Positions 40,001-48,396 are shown, counted from the stretch's first letter. The stretch is DNA of 58,836 nt from a virus (IMGVR_UViG_3300025120_000054:1-58836); one strand, 5' to 3'. The notes: generated from the letters alone by a model not told the origin. Program-made: numbers and translations.

Positions 40001-41077
40001 AATAAAATGAAACAAGATTATGATGAAATTATAGAGAACTCCATATACCTAAAGGATAGAGCTAAAGGATTAAGTATTAGAGATGCAATTGCTAACTATA
40101 GTAAAGGCCAAAGCAATTTTATTGAGAAAGAAAAAAGAGAGCGTATAAAAGAGTATGCAATGATGATGACCAAGGCTGGTGATAAAGCAGCGATTATGTT
40201 AGGAGGTCTTCCAAACTACAGATACTACAAAGCTCAATACAAGAAAGAGAATCCAAAGGCTACTGAGCAAGAGGTGATTGATTATGCTATTAGAAAGTTT
40301 GAGCGTGACACCAAGAATACTCAGCAGTCTAGTGACCTTCAAGATCGTGACTATTACCAAACTGATGATGGCTTAATGAGAGCATTCAATATGTTCATGA
40401 CTACACCAAAACAGTATCTAAGAAAAGAAATAGTAGCGGCTAGAAACTTAGGTAGAAAAATTAAAGCAAGAGATAGTAAAGCGGGTAAAGGAACAATAGG
40501 TGAAAACATACGTCAGTTGGTAACGTATCATGTAATGATGCCAGCATTATTTCAATGGGCAACGCTAGGATTCCCAATGGATTTTGATGATGAAGATAAA
40601 ATGGATATGATCAGAGCTGTAGTATTAGGAAACTTTAATGCTATATTTCTTGTTGGAGATGCCATTACTATGTTCGCAGATTATCTTACAGATAAGCCTT
40701 GGGCCGCAGATGCTGAATCAATACCTTTTTTAGAGTCAATAACACAGATAATAAAAGCGTTGAATAAGTGGGAAACAAAAACAAATGCTGCAAACCCAGA
40801 CCCTGACAAAATATATGATGCACAAAAAAATGTTTTTATATCGGTAGGTGAAACTTTTGGTGTGCCATTGAAACAACTTGATAGGTTTTCACAGAACTAC
40901 TACAAGCTATTTACTGAGGACATGGATAATCCTGAAAAAGTAAGGCGTGTATTAAACTATTCTGATTACACTATAGAAGGTAAGAAGGATGACAAGAAGA
41001 AGAAAGACTCAGGTAGGTCATCAGGTAGGTCATCAGGTAGGTCATCAGGTAGATCATCAGGTAGGTCTAGCAACTAG
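31022..41077 (+). CDS. Giant internal virion / polyvalent protein with zincin (HEAFH) motif
   Basis: 3351 aa; IHINL...TVAHEAFH...EEKLAE; hydrophobic Gly/Ala segments; last gene of late arm. Confidence 0.8.
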   Translation: MFEVKDLYDLTLPGAFASAEEWVQFSSSASPEDLYSLLQDGAFSSVEEFQQQVNFGASPVKKKEDTVSVLEDGSSGLQEPSVQVEEEQIDFDPIAGVTAIEETGVLPTPPPRDFTQPFLGPVGMDDPMSVEEQQELLNRYSGVEPEKPKPTMVEEESVIQSPFGSRMGGGKLKLPSKEVTQKYEQEKTKRDLTRDKDRKIGYVLNNLDENEGVALFQNLASTRGEIADEELQQMVDVVDKKIIDNYGQEEYNLVQKIGGNVTPEDLFYGGNISTSPSVVDNLIVEGDETATVTNLNNEFDGTPFTFSEAIWGSDALEVNVTDGDGRVINSKIVRIDDAAKASQQLRDFMAKTNLSKGNKEFLNEGKINGKDIKKLSSEEQSLAEYKYMLENKDKFSAGKGTGFSMDANAIMRFVEDNPNFFPPEELQSIKLQLDEALADQYKEDEQLEGSFFGSLGESFVKGLMQTPKFATNLAIDIGGALMPSMFIPANPNSAINFDKNGNRLSDSEIVDRVKKRAKRDMIAAMDNAVESSFTGTTQAWMNSEERNDYAKALNFLFESLGVVASTGGRFLKVKPGMTAKQIAAIQKTAKTRNALAFFAYAANGIEDEMAGTEYDELSEWKKKLISFPYGVMIGALENLGWEASTGAFGNKVFDKISRNIISKALKSVPKDASEEVIKTAIENSTRAAIADGTIKIISGALSEGFVEGTQEFGDVGLKNIVNGMMEKDYFADAPDLTTLKGVRETYDQAKESGYYGFMAGSGAAGGGGLIQSGKKALRRDADIREYNERKEAHTNETQRNKLIYNITNAQRQGQLTAEQAEAAKEKVLEDAATFEQIPNEGLSNKNKLESFDLITERNNLEKEIAGKNEELVTKQKDRIRDINAQLTIIGTQDATTEQESSDLDEDQQASDVQGMEEGTPQPEPEQVTAEEVEVKEELKPTEEQREKLEKKAVRELKRENRQTRRKGFKGDRVKGTRKKYEPTQKDIDARVDELFQAQQQEDQEVLDLEAAIEGEVKEGRVLPSETTAVEEVTTEEAPVAETVVEEEVTTEEAPVAEEEKKIVDGEVGDTFKSNRGTEVIVKKTKNNIITQSKTEMIDPANQKDFGLKNVTKIYEQIYGDKMNETNSVPKLNVYSNTSIVTGKKISKQREETPTKKAPTKTKVDGVVMSDKKRSKKEQALVDRAKRAAKSLTKIGEGGVTVEVHDDTDSFKNVTGQDGRGAYDKTSNTIHINLSKANNTTVAHEAFHAVLLQRVSNTADVTKTMFDAVRKAGKGDTRVMEYTTTKVVDGKTETVTETSTVEEYLEDFASKYEENIQDEEKLAELTGLLASSYVNLAPAPKSKVRQWVDKVMTPIAKRLGIKVEEFTDTDQGVVDLLNAISAKVTIGEEIQEGDVKVLEEIETKPETKKKGKTKKISWTKKQSKPQGESTQKTKEVQAKIRDLVKRYEGGEITIEEYNKQADDIIPVKMKEVFVDPVTQEELMVGLKSKNTQTNSPIKEGADVSLRIDIPFMKRTGKASVTIHERKSPKDITGRVLSYRGSAVIKDVEFLVNPKQSLAFATDNKVHKSSNLGRMGGKLVDIGKTIEEQNEAAKKLSQQAIDEGWTQVGINPAKHSYFYDRSTGKPLKSADRVVQVGDLIYAENAKTTTVYDDRFIVKGKTDKKGDPLRFQKEGVSVSEDAQTDPEEQGEGGEVGTIRLQKANIQFKPAPGIGTDTRSFAKFYEEKSLRDFNGKKFVTNMYDFTNAGEVDLGNGYVINLWGGKSYVPYMLEKRGKNLGEVSNLAAFNTKEQAETFIRNSKEENASLFIPHSGTTEGSWQFQQSIFQELTNLALDKKILSKKQLISLFNESIKSKDGKKAFKTFVENYNKKREKEGKKPKNIRNFNSFITNPKEIIELLDIENNMSPDLRKILNSKFSTNKAFKKALGVNNAVDFALRMEDPLNNGISGGDLMGIIEFDNTSFKIRKPNKNDPDYHPSFAYTVEAKIKGVYQPTEFYKSNEVTDSYTKNNKDGTKVSRKTDFTLEEYELAKKGITINDEGKKVKMKSGPFKGTLEEFQEMKFEKANVSSSAGSIPKVAELSETAMREQKSLMQIGRYYNANNQGFFPSQVNSYQLKRDLEQIGFGLKRAKNGAYYATRGGRKVNPFPPEPSRYRFQRDDIGIVEEKSFTSKNTVADIIIAARREGFKDKAIRFYILKRRSDIKEENGKPLRAKTVDDMLRLPANILENVPDSFKEIEGGAAAGLRLYQKVEQLRDKLLAANARIKSPKLSDAGIKQKIKEKREELKKKKLSDEQLAKELDAFTKREYKNNKARKEMKTESEIMDEVIEFLEKQPEYIEAGDKGKKTPSLLQSKMQAELQATIAFRPSREVAQNLSKLKNRARAMDKAGRDLQEIKRQLRATLRKSLPKAEYSKPEVMRLISEIAKVDASNLQDVIGEIESLIVKKNVQILEAQIDKLLGTKVAKSEAGRRKGKFGYDEAARLEAINNNIVKNKDVDGKVVKYTAEEIMEKNETLRKEFNELMRNPDGLSTENINKLTDLQIAININSANLMKAELAKKERISPNIIAPLVSAQESLQELIEEGRSKFKAELQEAHEEYQRQFAVLWEEMTGQKLDMSDPEVQKTINEKIKEKESRESINAKKTKFRQKVISIADSIGLGFNKAEALFGLMDKISIMPGDLAGGRIQEEITDRVNESSRIYKGRMLVQEENLEDKMKEIFGKKWRKKTTEFNKLTIPFKTSNKNETISQNQLAYLYNQYKDPANAGSFKTMFGENYEQEMDKLISKLDPQLKEWADWQVDEFFPSVYEYYNDTYRKIYRTDMPWNQFYAGRIYRDGIVDEPLDLLANASILRTSVGAASTLERKKNTNPITAMNINNALTSYVQDMEYFAAYAETIRDIDKMFTNKNTTEFLKSRYGNDINDLIKNSIQKIAGKGPQKFKMARFINWSTNAYILSKLAINPVVFIKQLTSILTYANDIGYANWIRYSKIGDTIAGERNKMKQDYDEIIENSIYLKDRAKGLSIRDAIANYSKGQSNFIEKEKRERIKEYAMMMTKAGDKAAIMLGGLPNYRYYKAQYKKENPKATEQEVIDYAIRKFERDTKNTQQSSDLQDRDYYQTDDGLMRAFNMFMTTPKQYLRKEIVAARNLGRKIKARDSKAGKGTIGENIRQLVTYHVMMPALFQWATLGFPMDFDDEDKMDMIRAVVLGNFNAIFLVGDAITMFADYLTDKPWAADAESIPFLESITQIIKALNKWETKTNAANPDPDKIYDAQKNVFISVGETFGVPLKQLDRFSQNYYKLFTEDMDNPEKVRRVLNYSDYTIEGKKDDKKKKDSGRSSGRSSGRSSGRSSGRSSN
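33699..33836 (+). CDS. Nested +1-frame basic protein, 45 aa (MPLQSKNQATWMRINKP...)
   Basis: Translated by hand; resembles MPFKSxxQ small phage proteins; A-rich leader. Confidence 0.6.
   Translation: MPLQSKNQATWMRINKPQMYKEWRKEHPNQNLSKLPLKKLKSKKN
41009..41068 (+). repeat. 12-bp tandem repeat x5 (tcaggtaggtca) encoding (SGRS)5
   Basis: Seen directly at the C-terminus of the giant gene. Confidence 0.9.
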
Positions 41078-42102
41078 AACAAGTGGGTGAGTCTTGCGAC
41101 TTGCCCATGTAGTTTGCTATGAAGGAAGCCTTCGCAAGCCTGTGGAGCGTGCTGATATCCTTTCTTGTGATGCCATGAGTCTGTCGCTGATGGGGATCGG
41201 AGCGACTCTATAGTACATCCCGCCATATCTTTAGAAAATTTGTGATGCACATGATGAGTGTAAACATATCTATGCTTGGTCTTTGCCCACTCAAGAGGGA
41301 ACTCAGTAGCCATTAGCAGTGGTAAGTCCTGAGTCTTTGCACCATCTCCATGGGTAGTGCCGATAAGGTTCTTACCATAGGTGTAGGATTTGCGATGAGC
41401 CATACTACAATCGAATGTCATATCATCACAGTTCTTGAACCAAGTCTTTATCACATCGGATAGAAAAAACCCTGACATCATATCGTGGTTACTAGGGTTA
41501 AAAGTAAAATGCACCGGAGCTATAGCAAGAAGAATCTCAAGCACATCCACATATAAATTCTTGGCTATCAAGAAGTTACTGTACCACATACCATCAACGT
41601 CCTGCCTCGTCCCCTTTGACGTAGCACCTGGTTGGTCTATGTGTAGGATGTCATTGCCTCCAATGAAAAGTATCTGGTCGATGTTAAATCCTGTGGCCTT
41701 GTCAAGTATTCCTTGCACGCCCTCCTTAACTCTCTTCACTGCAATCTGATTGTTATAATCCTCACCCGTCTCAAAAGAATCTGCGAGCTTACCGATATGA
41801 ATGTCAGCAGGGTCTACCACCAATAGGTGTCCATCTTTGGATGGGGATCGTAAAATCTTAGGGAAGGAAGGAGAGTACTGCTTGATGTCTTCTAGCATTG
41901 AGTCCTTCAGTTTTTGTAACTGTTGGAATCTTTCGTCCTTGAATGAGGGGTTGTTAAAGAATAGACTTGCCTCCTTAGTTTTAAGCCAGCCATGTTTAAC
42001 GTCTTCAACACTTACTCCGGCTTCCTTGGATGCTCTTTTAATTCCTCTATACTTCTTGATTAATTCGTACTCATCTTTTTTAAGTCGTGGTCTCCAGGTC
42101 AT
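41074..42102 (-). CDS. Calcineurin-like metallophosphoesterase (putative nuclease)
   Basis: DIHIGK, GNDILH, SNHD, HGD, HHVHH. Confidence 0.85.
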   Translation of the reverse strand: MTWRPRLKKDEYELIKKYRGIKRASKEAGVSVEDVKHGWLKTKEASLFFNNPSFKDERFQQLQKLKDSMLEDIKQYSPSFPKILRSPSKDGHLLVVDPADIHIGKLADSFETGEDYNNQIAVKRVKEGVQGILDKATGFNIDQILFIGGNDILHIDQPGATSKGTRQDVDGMWYSNFLIAKNLYVDVLEILLAIAPVHFTFNPSNHDMMSGFFLSDVIKTWFKNCDDMTFDCSMAHRKSYTYGKNLIGTTHGDGAKTQDLPLLMATEFPLEWAKTKHRYVYTHHVHHKFSKDMAGCTIESLRSPSATDSWHHKKGYQHAPQACEGFLHSKLHGQVARLTHLF

Positions 42103-42280
42103 CTTGTATTGATTGGTTTAACTCTTGTAGGATTTTTTGCAACTTAGTAATATTACTTTCAACCTCCTTGTAGTTTGCATCTACAAGTTCTTCATAGATG
42201 TTATCAGAACAGTCGTTGATCTGCTTCATTAAAAAATTTATGAAGATGATATTGATTCCGTCTGAGGATGGTTGTATCAC
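42080..42280 (-). CDS. Hypothetical protein
   Basis: ORF overlapping next gene start. Confidence 0.55.
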   Translation of the reverse strand: MIQPSSDGINIIFINFLMKQINDCSDNIYEELVDANYKEVESNITKLQKILQELNQSIQDDLETTT

Positions 42281-42412
42281 GTTACTTGTCTTTATCCATT
42301 ACAGATATTAAAGTAATCCCTAGACCAGGGTTGATTAAAATGGTGTCTTTCCATTAGAAAGAATTGTATTTATACTTTTACTCTGCTTATCGTTTGCAGT
42401 AATATAAGGTTT

Positions 42413-42625
42413 TTATTTTACTTGATGTCGTTTTTTATAGATTTTTTTTTCTGATTCGCTTAGTGATGCAAAGTTGTAAATCTTATCTTCAAGCATTTCT
42501 TTTTCCGTTTTATAATATGGTTCGTCTTTATGTCCTAAAACTGAATCTATTCTTACCCATACCCTTCGCTTAGTACTTTTGCTGTTGCCTATTTTATACT
42601 CCTTATATTTCATTCCTTTAGTCAC
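42413..42625 (-). CDS. Hypothetical protein
   Basis: ORF coupled to upstream gene. Confidence 0.6.
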   Translation of the reverse strand: MTKGMKYKEYKIGNSKSTKRRVWVRIDSVLGHKDEPYYKTEKEMLEDKIYNFASLSESEKKIYKKRHQVK

Positions 42626-42948
42626 AACTTTATTTTTTTTAAATATTTATTTTTTATGATTAAATCTAGGTAGTCATCTGAGTCGATGAGGTTAAAGTCT
42701 AGTAGGTAGGGTGATTCTTCTTGGCTATTAAATATTTCAATGCTAAAGAATACTGCTTCCTTTTTATAGTGAATAACACCCCCATATACTTGGCTATCCA
42801 TCTCGTCATATGGAATATTTGGGAAGCACTCATCAATAATCCTAGCCACACTAAGAGATATTGATAGAGGTACTTCTTTAATCTTGTCAATAAACTCTTG
42901 TCCCACATCATAGCTATTCGCCTCTGTATATTTCTGTCCTGCATCCAT
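42622..42948 (-). CDS. Hypothetical acidic protein
   Basis: ORF in operon. Confidence 0.65.
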   Translation of the reverse strand: MDAGQKYTEANSYDVGQEFIDKIKEVPLSISLSVARIIDECFPNIPYDEMDSQVYGGVIHYKKEAVFFSIEIFNSQEESPYLLDFNLIDSDDYLDLIIKNKYLKKIKL

Positions 42949-43156
42949 GTTTTTCTAACTCTTTAATTCTATACTCCTGAAGTTTCGACACCTTCCCATT
43001 GGATGTCTTGACCTCCACAAAAAGAACCTTGGTCTTGGGTGGTATCGCAATAATATCTGGTATCCCATTCTTATTAGTGCGTACCAATTTGATTACATAG
43101 TATCCTTGCTCCTCTAACTCTTTAATACGTTTGCTCTGTATCTGCTGCTCCGTCAT
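42914..43156 (-). CDS. VRR-NUC domain nuclease
   Basis: E..IQ, GIPDII, FVEVKT..GKVSKLQ. Confidence 0.88.
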   Translation of the reverse strand: MTEQQIQSKRIKELEEQGYYVIKLVRTNKNGIPDIIAIPPKTKVLFVEVKTSNGKVSKLQEYRIKELEKHGCRTEIYRGE

Positions 43157-43163
43157 TATGCTA

Positions 43164-44396
43164 TTACAAATTTAAGAATTCTCGTTTAAAGTGTCTGACC
43201 GTATAGTTCTTCTTCTTAGACACCGCCTTATAAATATCAGACTCAATACCATCGATGGAGAATATCCAGTACACCTGGTTATGTAACCTATCCTTGGTAC
43301 TCATCCTATCTCTTGCCTGCCAGTAACTTGTGGCACTAAAGTCAATGTTAAAGAACACAAGACAGTCGGCTTGGCGTAGTGATATACCCTCACGCCCAGA
43401 GACAATCTGTAAGGCAATGTTCTTATCGGTGGTGTTGAACTCTTCAAGATCCGTAGTGAGACTATCCTTGTACACCTTCTTCAATACGTTCAGCTCCTCC
43501 TTAAACTTATAGAAGATACCAATCTTCTTACCCTCAAACTTCTTCTTGATGAACTGCCCCTTACTTAAATCCATCACCATTGAGTTGCCACTCTCAAACT
43601 TTATAGTCCCGGAGTATATTTGGTGTAGCTTAGACATCAGCTTGACTGCGGTATCGGCAAGTATTACTTCCTCACTTCCCTCCACCACCAAGTCCTTCTT
43701 GAGTCTATTGGCTAGGTTATAAGTCTCTCGGCTCATAGCACAATGCAACACTGTCTCCTTGGTCTCTACCTTAAAGCCTGCTTCCTTCTGACTATAGCTA
43801 ATCATATAAGGTTGCATCACATCTAATATCTTTGTGCTTCCCCTAGAGTAATCATTAATCATGTGGCTACCTATCTTCCTTTGAAAGACATTAACAAACT
43901 CAGAGGCAAACTTATAGAAGCTCTTGTGATGACTGAATGGATTCGTTGTTATGCTATACACCTGGTGATACATCTGAGAGAAACTCTCAGGGGTAGGCGT
44001 ACCTGATAAGAGGATAACCTTAGAGTTGCAATCTCTTACAATGTCTCTTACTTGCTTCGCTCTTTTGCTAGGCTTAGGGAATGCTCCCATCGTATGGGCC
44101 TCATCACATATCACCATATCCCAAGTCAACTTAGGTAGTTTATGTAGACTCTCATAGTTGATTACATACAAAGGGAATCTAGGTTTTAGATTGTCATAGT
44201 CTTCAATGATACTTTGCATCGCCTTCTTCTTGGTAATAAACAAAGCATTTACTGCTCCAACCTTATCCACTATGCCAAGACTCGTAAGTGTCTTCCCGGT
44301 ACGCACCTCCATCGCTAGGTATAGGAAGCCATGGTCTCTTATGACCTCCGTACCCTTGGCTATGATATCACTCTGATAATCTCTAAACTCTATCAT
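43164..44396 (-). CDS. SNF2-like (SF2) helicase
   Basis: RTGKT, INYE, DEAH, LSGTP, EGISL, YWQARDR. Confidence 0.9.
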   Translation of the reverse strand: MIEFRDYQSDIIAKGTEVIRDHGFLYLAMEVRTGKTLTSLGIVDKVGAVNALFITKKKAMQSIIEDYDNLKPRFPLYVINYESLHKLPKLTWDMVICDEAHTMGAFPKPSKRAKQVRDIVRDCNSKVILLSGTPTPESFSQMYHQVYSITTNPFSHHKSFYKFASEFVNVFQRKIGSHMINDYSRGSTKILDVMQPYMISYSQKEAGFKVETKETVLHCAMSRETYNLANRLKKDLVVEGSEEVILADTAVKLMSKLHQIYSGTIKFESGNSMVMDLSKGQFIKKKFEGKKIGIFYKFKEELNVLKKVYKDSLTTDLEEFNTTDKNIALQIVSGREGISLRQADCLVFFNIDFSATSYWQARDRMSTKDRLHNQVYWIFSIDGIESDIYKAVSKKKNYTVRHFKREFLNL

Positions 44397-44407
44397 CTCT
44401 TTTCATT

Positions 44408-44740
44408 TTAATCAGCATCATAATGATCATTAAGAACTACTACTATCTTATTATCTTCTGTATAGTATCTTACAAATTGTACATAGAAAAAATCACCCAA
44501 ATCTAGGTAATCTTTACCTCTAGACATCCATTCTTTTCCTGTTTCATCATTCCATTCGCTCAAGTAGTATTGTTTATTTTCTGATTCGAAAGCCTTGGTT
44601 TCAAGAAGGCGCAAATGCTCTTGGCTTAATATTAAACATGTATCAAGTTGAGGTACAAATGGTAACTCTATAGTGATTCCATCTTTTTTCTCGAATCCAA
44701 TAGCGGGATGTAATATACAGAAGGTTATTTTATAATTCAT
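44408..44740 (-). CDS. Hypothetical protein
   Basis: ORF in operon. Confidence 0.65.
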   Translation of the reverse strand: MNYKITFCILHPAIGFEKKDGITIELPFVPQLDTCLILSQEHLRLLETKAFESENKQYYLSEWNDETGKEWMSRGKDYLDLGDFFYVQFVRYYTEDNKIVVVLNDHYDAD

Positions 44741-44835
44741 CTTCTTTGTTTTGGTTTTAATATTGCTTTAAACTTTAACCATACAATGTTAGGGTGATTT
44801 CTACACCACCAAAAAAAGTTTCTAATCTTACTCAT
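44737..44835 (-). CDS. Small basic/aromatic peptide, 32 aa (MSKIRNFFWWCRNHP...)
   Basis: Translated by hand; overlaps both neighbours. Confidence 0.5.
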   Translation of the reverse strand: MSKIRNFFWWCRNHPNIVWLKFKAILKPKQRR

Positions 44836-45031
44836 CTTTGTTTTGGTTTAGTTGTTTTACAATTGAATCAACACCCTCAATAAGGTCTACCTTCCTGCTC
44901 TTGACAAGCATTACCGCTTCATTGATTGCCTCTCTGTCTCCAATGACATAGCCGAGCTTTAGTAGAAGCTGTATAGCTTCCTGCTCCTTCTTCTTTAGTT
45001 CTCTGTAGTGTGCAAAAATTTGATTTTCCAT
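44828..45031 (-). CDS. Hypothetical protein
   Basis: ORF with A-rich leader. Confidence 0.65.
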   Translation of the reverse strand: MENQIFAHYRELKKKEQEAIQLLLKLGYVIGDREAINEAVMLVKSRKVDLIEGVDSIVKQLNQNKDE

Positions 45032-45069
45032 ATTATTTATTTTATTTGTTTTTAATTTATATTTATTTT

Positions 45070-45957
45070 TTATATACTATCATTATCCCAATTTAAATCT
45101 AACTCAGTCTGAGATCTAGCAGATAAGTCATTAATACCACACATACCATTGCAGTCAAATAGAGGTTCAACATTTCTCTCAGGCATATCATCTAAGCATT
45201 TGTTGTTAGGATACAATGGATGCTTCTTTAAGAAAACTAAATGAGCTTTCTTATCAGTCTTCATCTTTTCCTTTGCTTCATTTGACTGATCCTTTAGCAT
45301 CGTAACAGGACTACCTCTTAACTCAGTAAGCTCATGCTCTAAGTCAGACATCACCTCGAACTTTTCGGGAAAGTTCTTACGCATCTTCTGCCAATAACCT
45401 ATACCTCCTTGAACACATCCTGTTGAAAAGCAATTATTGTTTTTAAAACCTAGCTTATACATCTCAGGTATCTCAATGCCTGCTTCCTGAACTATGTCAA
45501 TGCACTTCTGTTTGTCATATCCAAGTAGAAGCAATGGGTATATAGGCTTTGCTCTATCGTAATAGTTCTTGGTCATAGACAAAGCACGAGCGAACTCCTT
45601 CTTGTCAAATTCAAATCCAAACACTTGATGTTTAAAATCATTCTTCTTCTCCCACTTCTGTCTGACCAACCTCTTTAAATGTGTAGAACATATTGCTCCA
45701 GTCGCTGTGTTAAGAGACTTGAACTTTCTCCATACGTCAAATATGTTTCCATACTTCTCACCTATCCCTGAGATAGTTTCAATAGACAATCCATACCACT
45801 GCTCACAGTCCTCCTTAAATCTATAGGTGTCGGGATGTTCATTCTTAGTATCAATCATAATGACTCTACAATTATCAACACCATACATATCAATAGCAAT
45901 CTTACACGCTACTGCTGATGTTATACCACCACTCCACCAACCAATTATCTTCTCCAT
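45070..45957 (-). CDS. PAPS-reductase-like (PP-loop) protein
   Basis: WSGGITS, CSTHLKR, YPL, NNNC..GCV.GG.GYW, C-terminal CxxxC. Confidence 0.85.
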   Translation of the reverse strand: MEKIIGWWSGGITSAVACKIAIDMYGVDNCRVIMIDTKNEHPDTYRFKEDCEQWYGLSIETISGIGEKYGNIFDVWRKFKSLNTATGAICSTHLKRLVRQKWEKKNDFKHQVFGFEFDKKEFARALSMTKNYYDRAKPIYPLLLLGYDKQKCIDIVQEAGIEIPEMYKLGFKNNNCFSTGCVQGGIGYWQKMRKNFPEKFEVMSDLEHELTELRGSPVTMLKDQSNEAKEKMKTDKKAHLVFLKKHPLYPNNKCLDDMPERNVEPLFDCNGMCGINDLSARSQTELDLNWDNDSI

Positions 45958-45960
45958 ATC

Positions 45961-48396
45961 TTAAAATTCAAAGTCGTTATTGTCTATAGTAGGACTAGCC
46001 TTGATCTTCCTAATCTTTATCCATCTACCACTCATATCACGACCCTCTTCTGGTGCGAGCTTGGTGTGGTACATACAGAAAGCGTGAAGCCATTTATAAA
46101 ATTTGGTTCGGCTCACAGTCATCTTTGCCTTGGGAGCAAAGTCAGGATTGTCTTGAATGAAATCAAAGTATAAGTCCTGCTTCAATGTCCTTGTTCCTAA
46201 TGAGAAGTTTTTAAACACCTCGTTAGGCTCATTGCCATCCACCAATCCACACCACTCTATAAACTCGTGACAAGTCTCGGCAGATAACTTACGGATGCTA
46301 AGGTTTACGAAGGTAGACTTTATCAATCCAGTGTCTAGGTATCTACTCAAGCATCGGATCATGTAGTTATCAAACTGACACCACTCATTGTCATCCCACT
46401 CACCGAACATTAACTTACCGAACTCATCCATCGGAGTGTAGTCCTTGGTATAGTATTGATTCAGCTCCAGTTCCCACTTACGTCTCTCGAAACTATTCCC
46501 AGCACCCTTGATGGCGTAGTTGGTTGTAATTGTAATCTTAGGAGACTTACTGAATGGTATCTTGATAGCGTCCTTATTCTTCTTCTCAAGCGTTAATCCT
46601 TCGGTGACCACACTAAACAACCTCTCGAAGTCAAAGTGCTTTCTAACGTCATCAAAACATAGTATCTGAGTGTCTGCACTAACCAATTGATATGCAAAGC
46701 TACGCTCAAAGTTAAATGACTTACCATCTATGACCACCAACTTCTTCAGTTGAGAGAGTGCATTCATAAACAACCCCTTCCCTGTACCTCCTTCGGGGTG
46801 ATCACTAATCACCTCATCATTAAGAATTACAGCTGGGCAATATCCCAAATCTTTATATGCGTGCATAAGAAATCCTATCGTAGACTCCATAGACTTAGCT
46901 CTCTCCTCATCCGATCCGCATATGTTGTACACAAACTTTTGAAAGTCGCACTTGACAATGTCACATATGCTAAACACCCTGTCAATCACATGGTCTTTCC
47001 AAACGTATCCACCCAGGTCTAGGTAGTCAATCATCTCCACCCCCACCTTGGTCACCTTCACTGCCGCATTGCGATAGTAAAGATAAGCAGCACTCTTGGT
47101 GTCCTCGATAAAGAACACATCAATGCTACCCAGAAGTGTCAAGAACTCCTCTCGAAAGTATCTAGTGTTATCGGCAAAGTAATTGTACACCTGAGCATCA
47201 TCCAATTCCAATAGGTATTCTAGTATAAAATCTTTGATGTCCTTCTCAGATGTATGGTCGATGAGGTTGTTAGTAACCTTTACGAACACATAGTTCTTAC
47301 TACCCTCTGGGTTGTATTTGTAGAAGCCATTGTCCTCAAGAAACTTCTTGAAAGATATGTGTACAATTTTTATTACACCCCGGTCAGACTTTGTCCAGAA
47401 CTTTTGATTGGATGTCTCTTCTTCAAGCCTGCCAATGACAGCCTCGGCTACACCATCATCAATCGAAGAGTCTAGAAGTTGATGACGGATTTCTTTTTTT
47501 GATATTCCCCTCCTCATTTGAGACTTGACAGTATTTATCTTGTCCTCATCCTCATAGTACTTTGTTCCAAACGCTTGTGTGTTTGTGTACGCAGAATCAA
47601 TAGTCCTCTTTATCTCTGAGGAATTAAAATCCTTTGTCGCATAGTTGGCTAACACATACTCAGTCAAGCTCTTGTTAACACCGAACTCATTCATAGCCAT
47701 AGCCAACACATATACGTTGTGGTTTCGTTGCCCCTCCACCATTGGATACTTTTTCTCCCACCATTTAACTAGGATGTCTACAATCTTATTCTCATCTGTG
47801 ATGGGTATGGTTGCTCGATCTTTAAACTTTACTACCTCTTTAAAGTTGTCATCCTTAATATCTGTCCATACACTAGATTGAGGATTGATATAAATTAAAG
47901 GATCATAACTCTCGTAACAAACTCGACTCACATTCTTGCTTGTCTTGTCAAAGTGTTCCGAGTTAAAGTGTTCGTCTAATGCATTGAAATAATTTTTGTG
48001 GTTGTCCCCATCGTCAGGAATCTTTACCAAGACCTTGAGTCCTTTACCAGATGGTGATATAAATATAGAGTACACATAGTTGTCCTTGCTATATAGTTCC
48101 TTTACCTCTAGCAAATCCTTCTGCTTCTTGTAGCCATCAAAGTCTAGGCATATCAATCCACTATGCTTCATCAATGATGAATCAGTTCTTTTGTTAAACT
48201 TTCCAGAGAAACATATTGCCGGGAGCTGTTGCTTTAGTTCATTGATTACTATCTTATCCTTCTCTTTTCTAATCCTCTTAATTAATTCCTTAGACGATCC
48301 TTCTTTTATTCTTTCTAAGATAAATTCTACATTTCTAAAGAATGGTTGCTCAGTAGTTTTGATGTCTCTGAATATAGTTATGTCGTTTTCTGTCAT
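45961..48396 (-). CDS. Primase-helicase (BT4734/VirE-N-like domain, PriCT-like domain, P-loop helicase)
   Basis: KQQLP, HSGLICLDFD, SPSGKGLK, GQRN, GGTGKG, FDD. Confidence 0.88.
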   Translation of the reverse strand: MTENDITIFRDIKTTEQPFFRNVEFILERIKEGSSKELIKRIRKEKDKIVINELKQQLPAICFSGKFNKRTDSSLMKHSGLICLDFDGYKKQKDLLEVKELYSKDNYVYSIFISPSGKGLKVLVKIPDDGDNHKNYFNALDEHFNSEHFDKTSKNVSRVCYESYDPLIYINPQSSVWTDIKDDNFKEVVKFKDRATIPITDENKIVDILVKWWEKKYPMVEGQRNHNVYVLAMAMNEFGVNKSLTEYVLANYATKDFNSSEIKRTIDSAYTNTQAFGTKYYEDEDKINTVKSQMRRGISKKEIRHQLLDSSIDDGVAEAVIGRLEEETSNQKFWTKSDRGVIKIVHISFKKFLEDNGFYKYNPEGSKNYVFVKVTNNLIDHTSEKDIKDFILEYLLELDDAQVYNYFADNTRYFREEFLTLLGSIDVFFIEDTKSAAYLYYRNAAVKVTKVGVEMIDYLDLGGYVWKDHVIDRVFSICDIVKCDFQKFVYNICGSDEERAKSMESTIGFLMHAYKDLGYCPAVILNDEVISDHPEGGTGKGLFMNALSQLKKLVVIDGKSFNFERSFAYQLVSADTQILCFDDVRKHFDFERLFSVVTEGLTLEKKNKDAIKIPFSKSPKITITTNYAIKGAGNSFERRKWELELNQYYTKDYTPMDEFGKLMFGEWDDNEWCQFDNYMIRCLSRYLDTGLIKSTFVNLSIRKLSAETCHEFIEWCGLVDGNEPNEVFKNFSLGTRTLKQDLYFDFIQDNPDFAPKAKMTVSRTKFYKWLHAFCMYHTKLAPEEGRDMSGRWIKIRKIKASPTIDNNDFEF

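Noticed and set aside
31022-41077. Giant protein as a crAss-type virion RNA polymerase
   Set aside because: No convincing DxDxD catalytic motif in context; host-type promoters are present throughout
42283-42412. Possible pseudogene remnant (INPGLGITLISVMDKDK on - strand)
   Set aside because: Too short to support without a homology search
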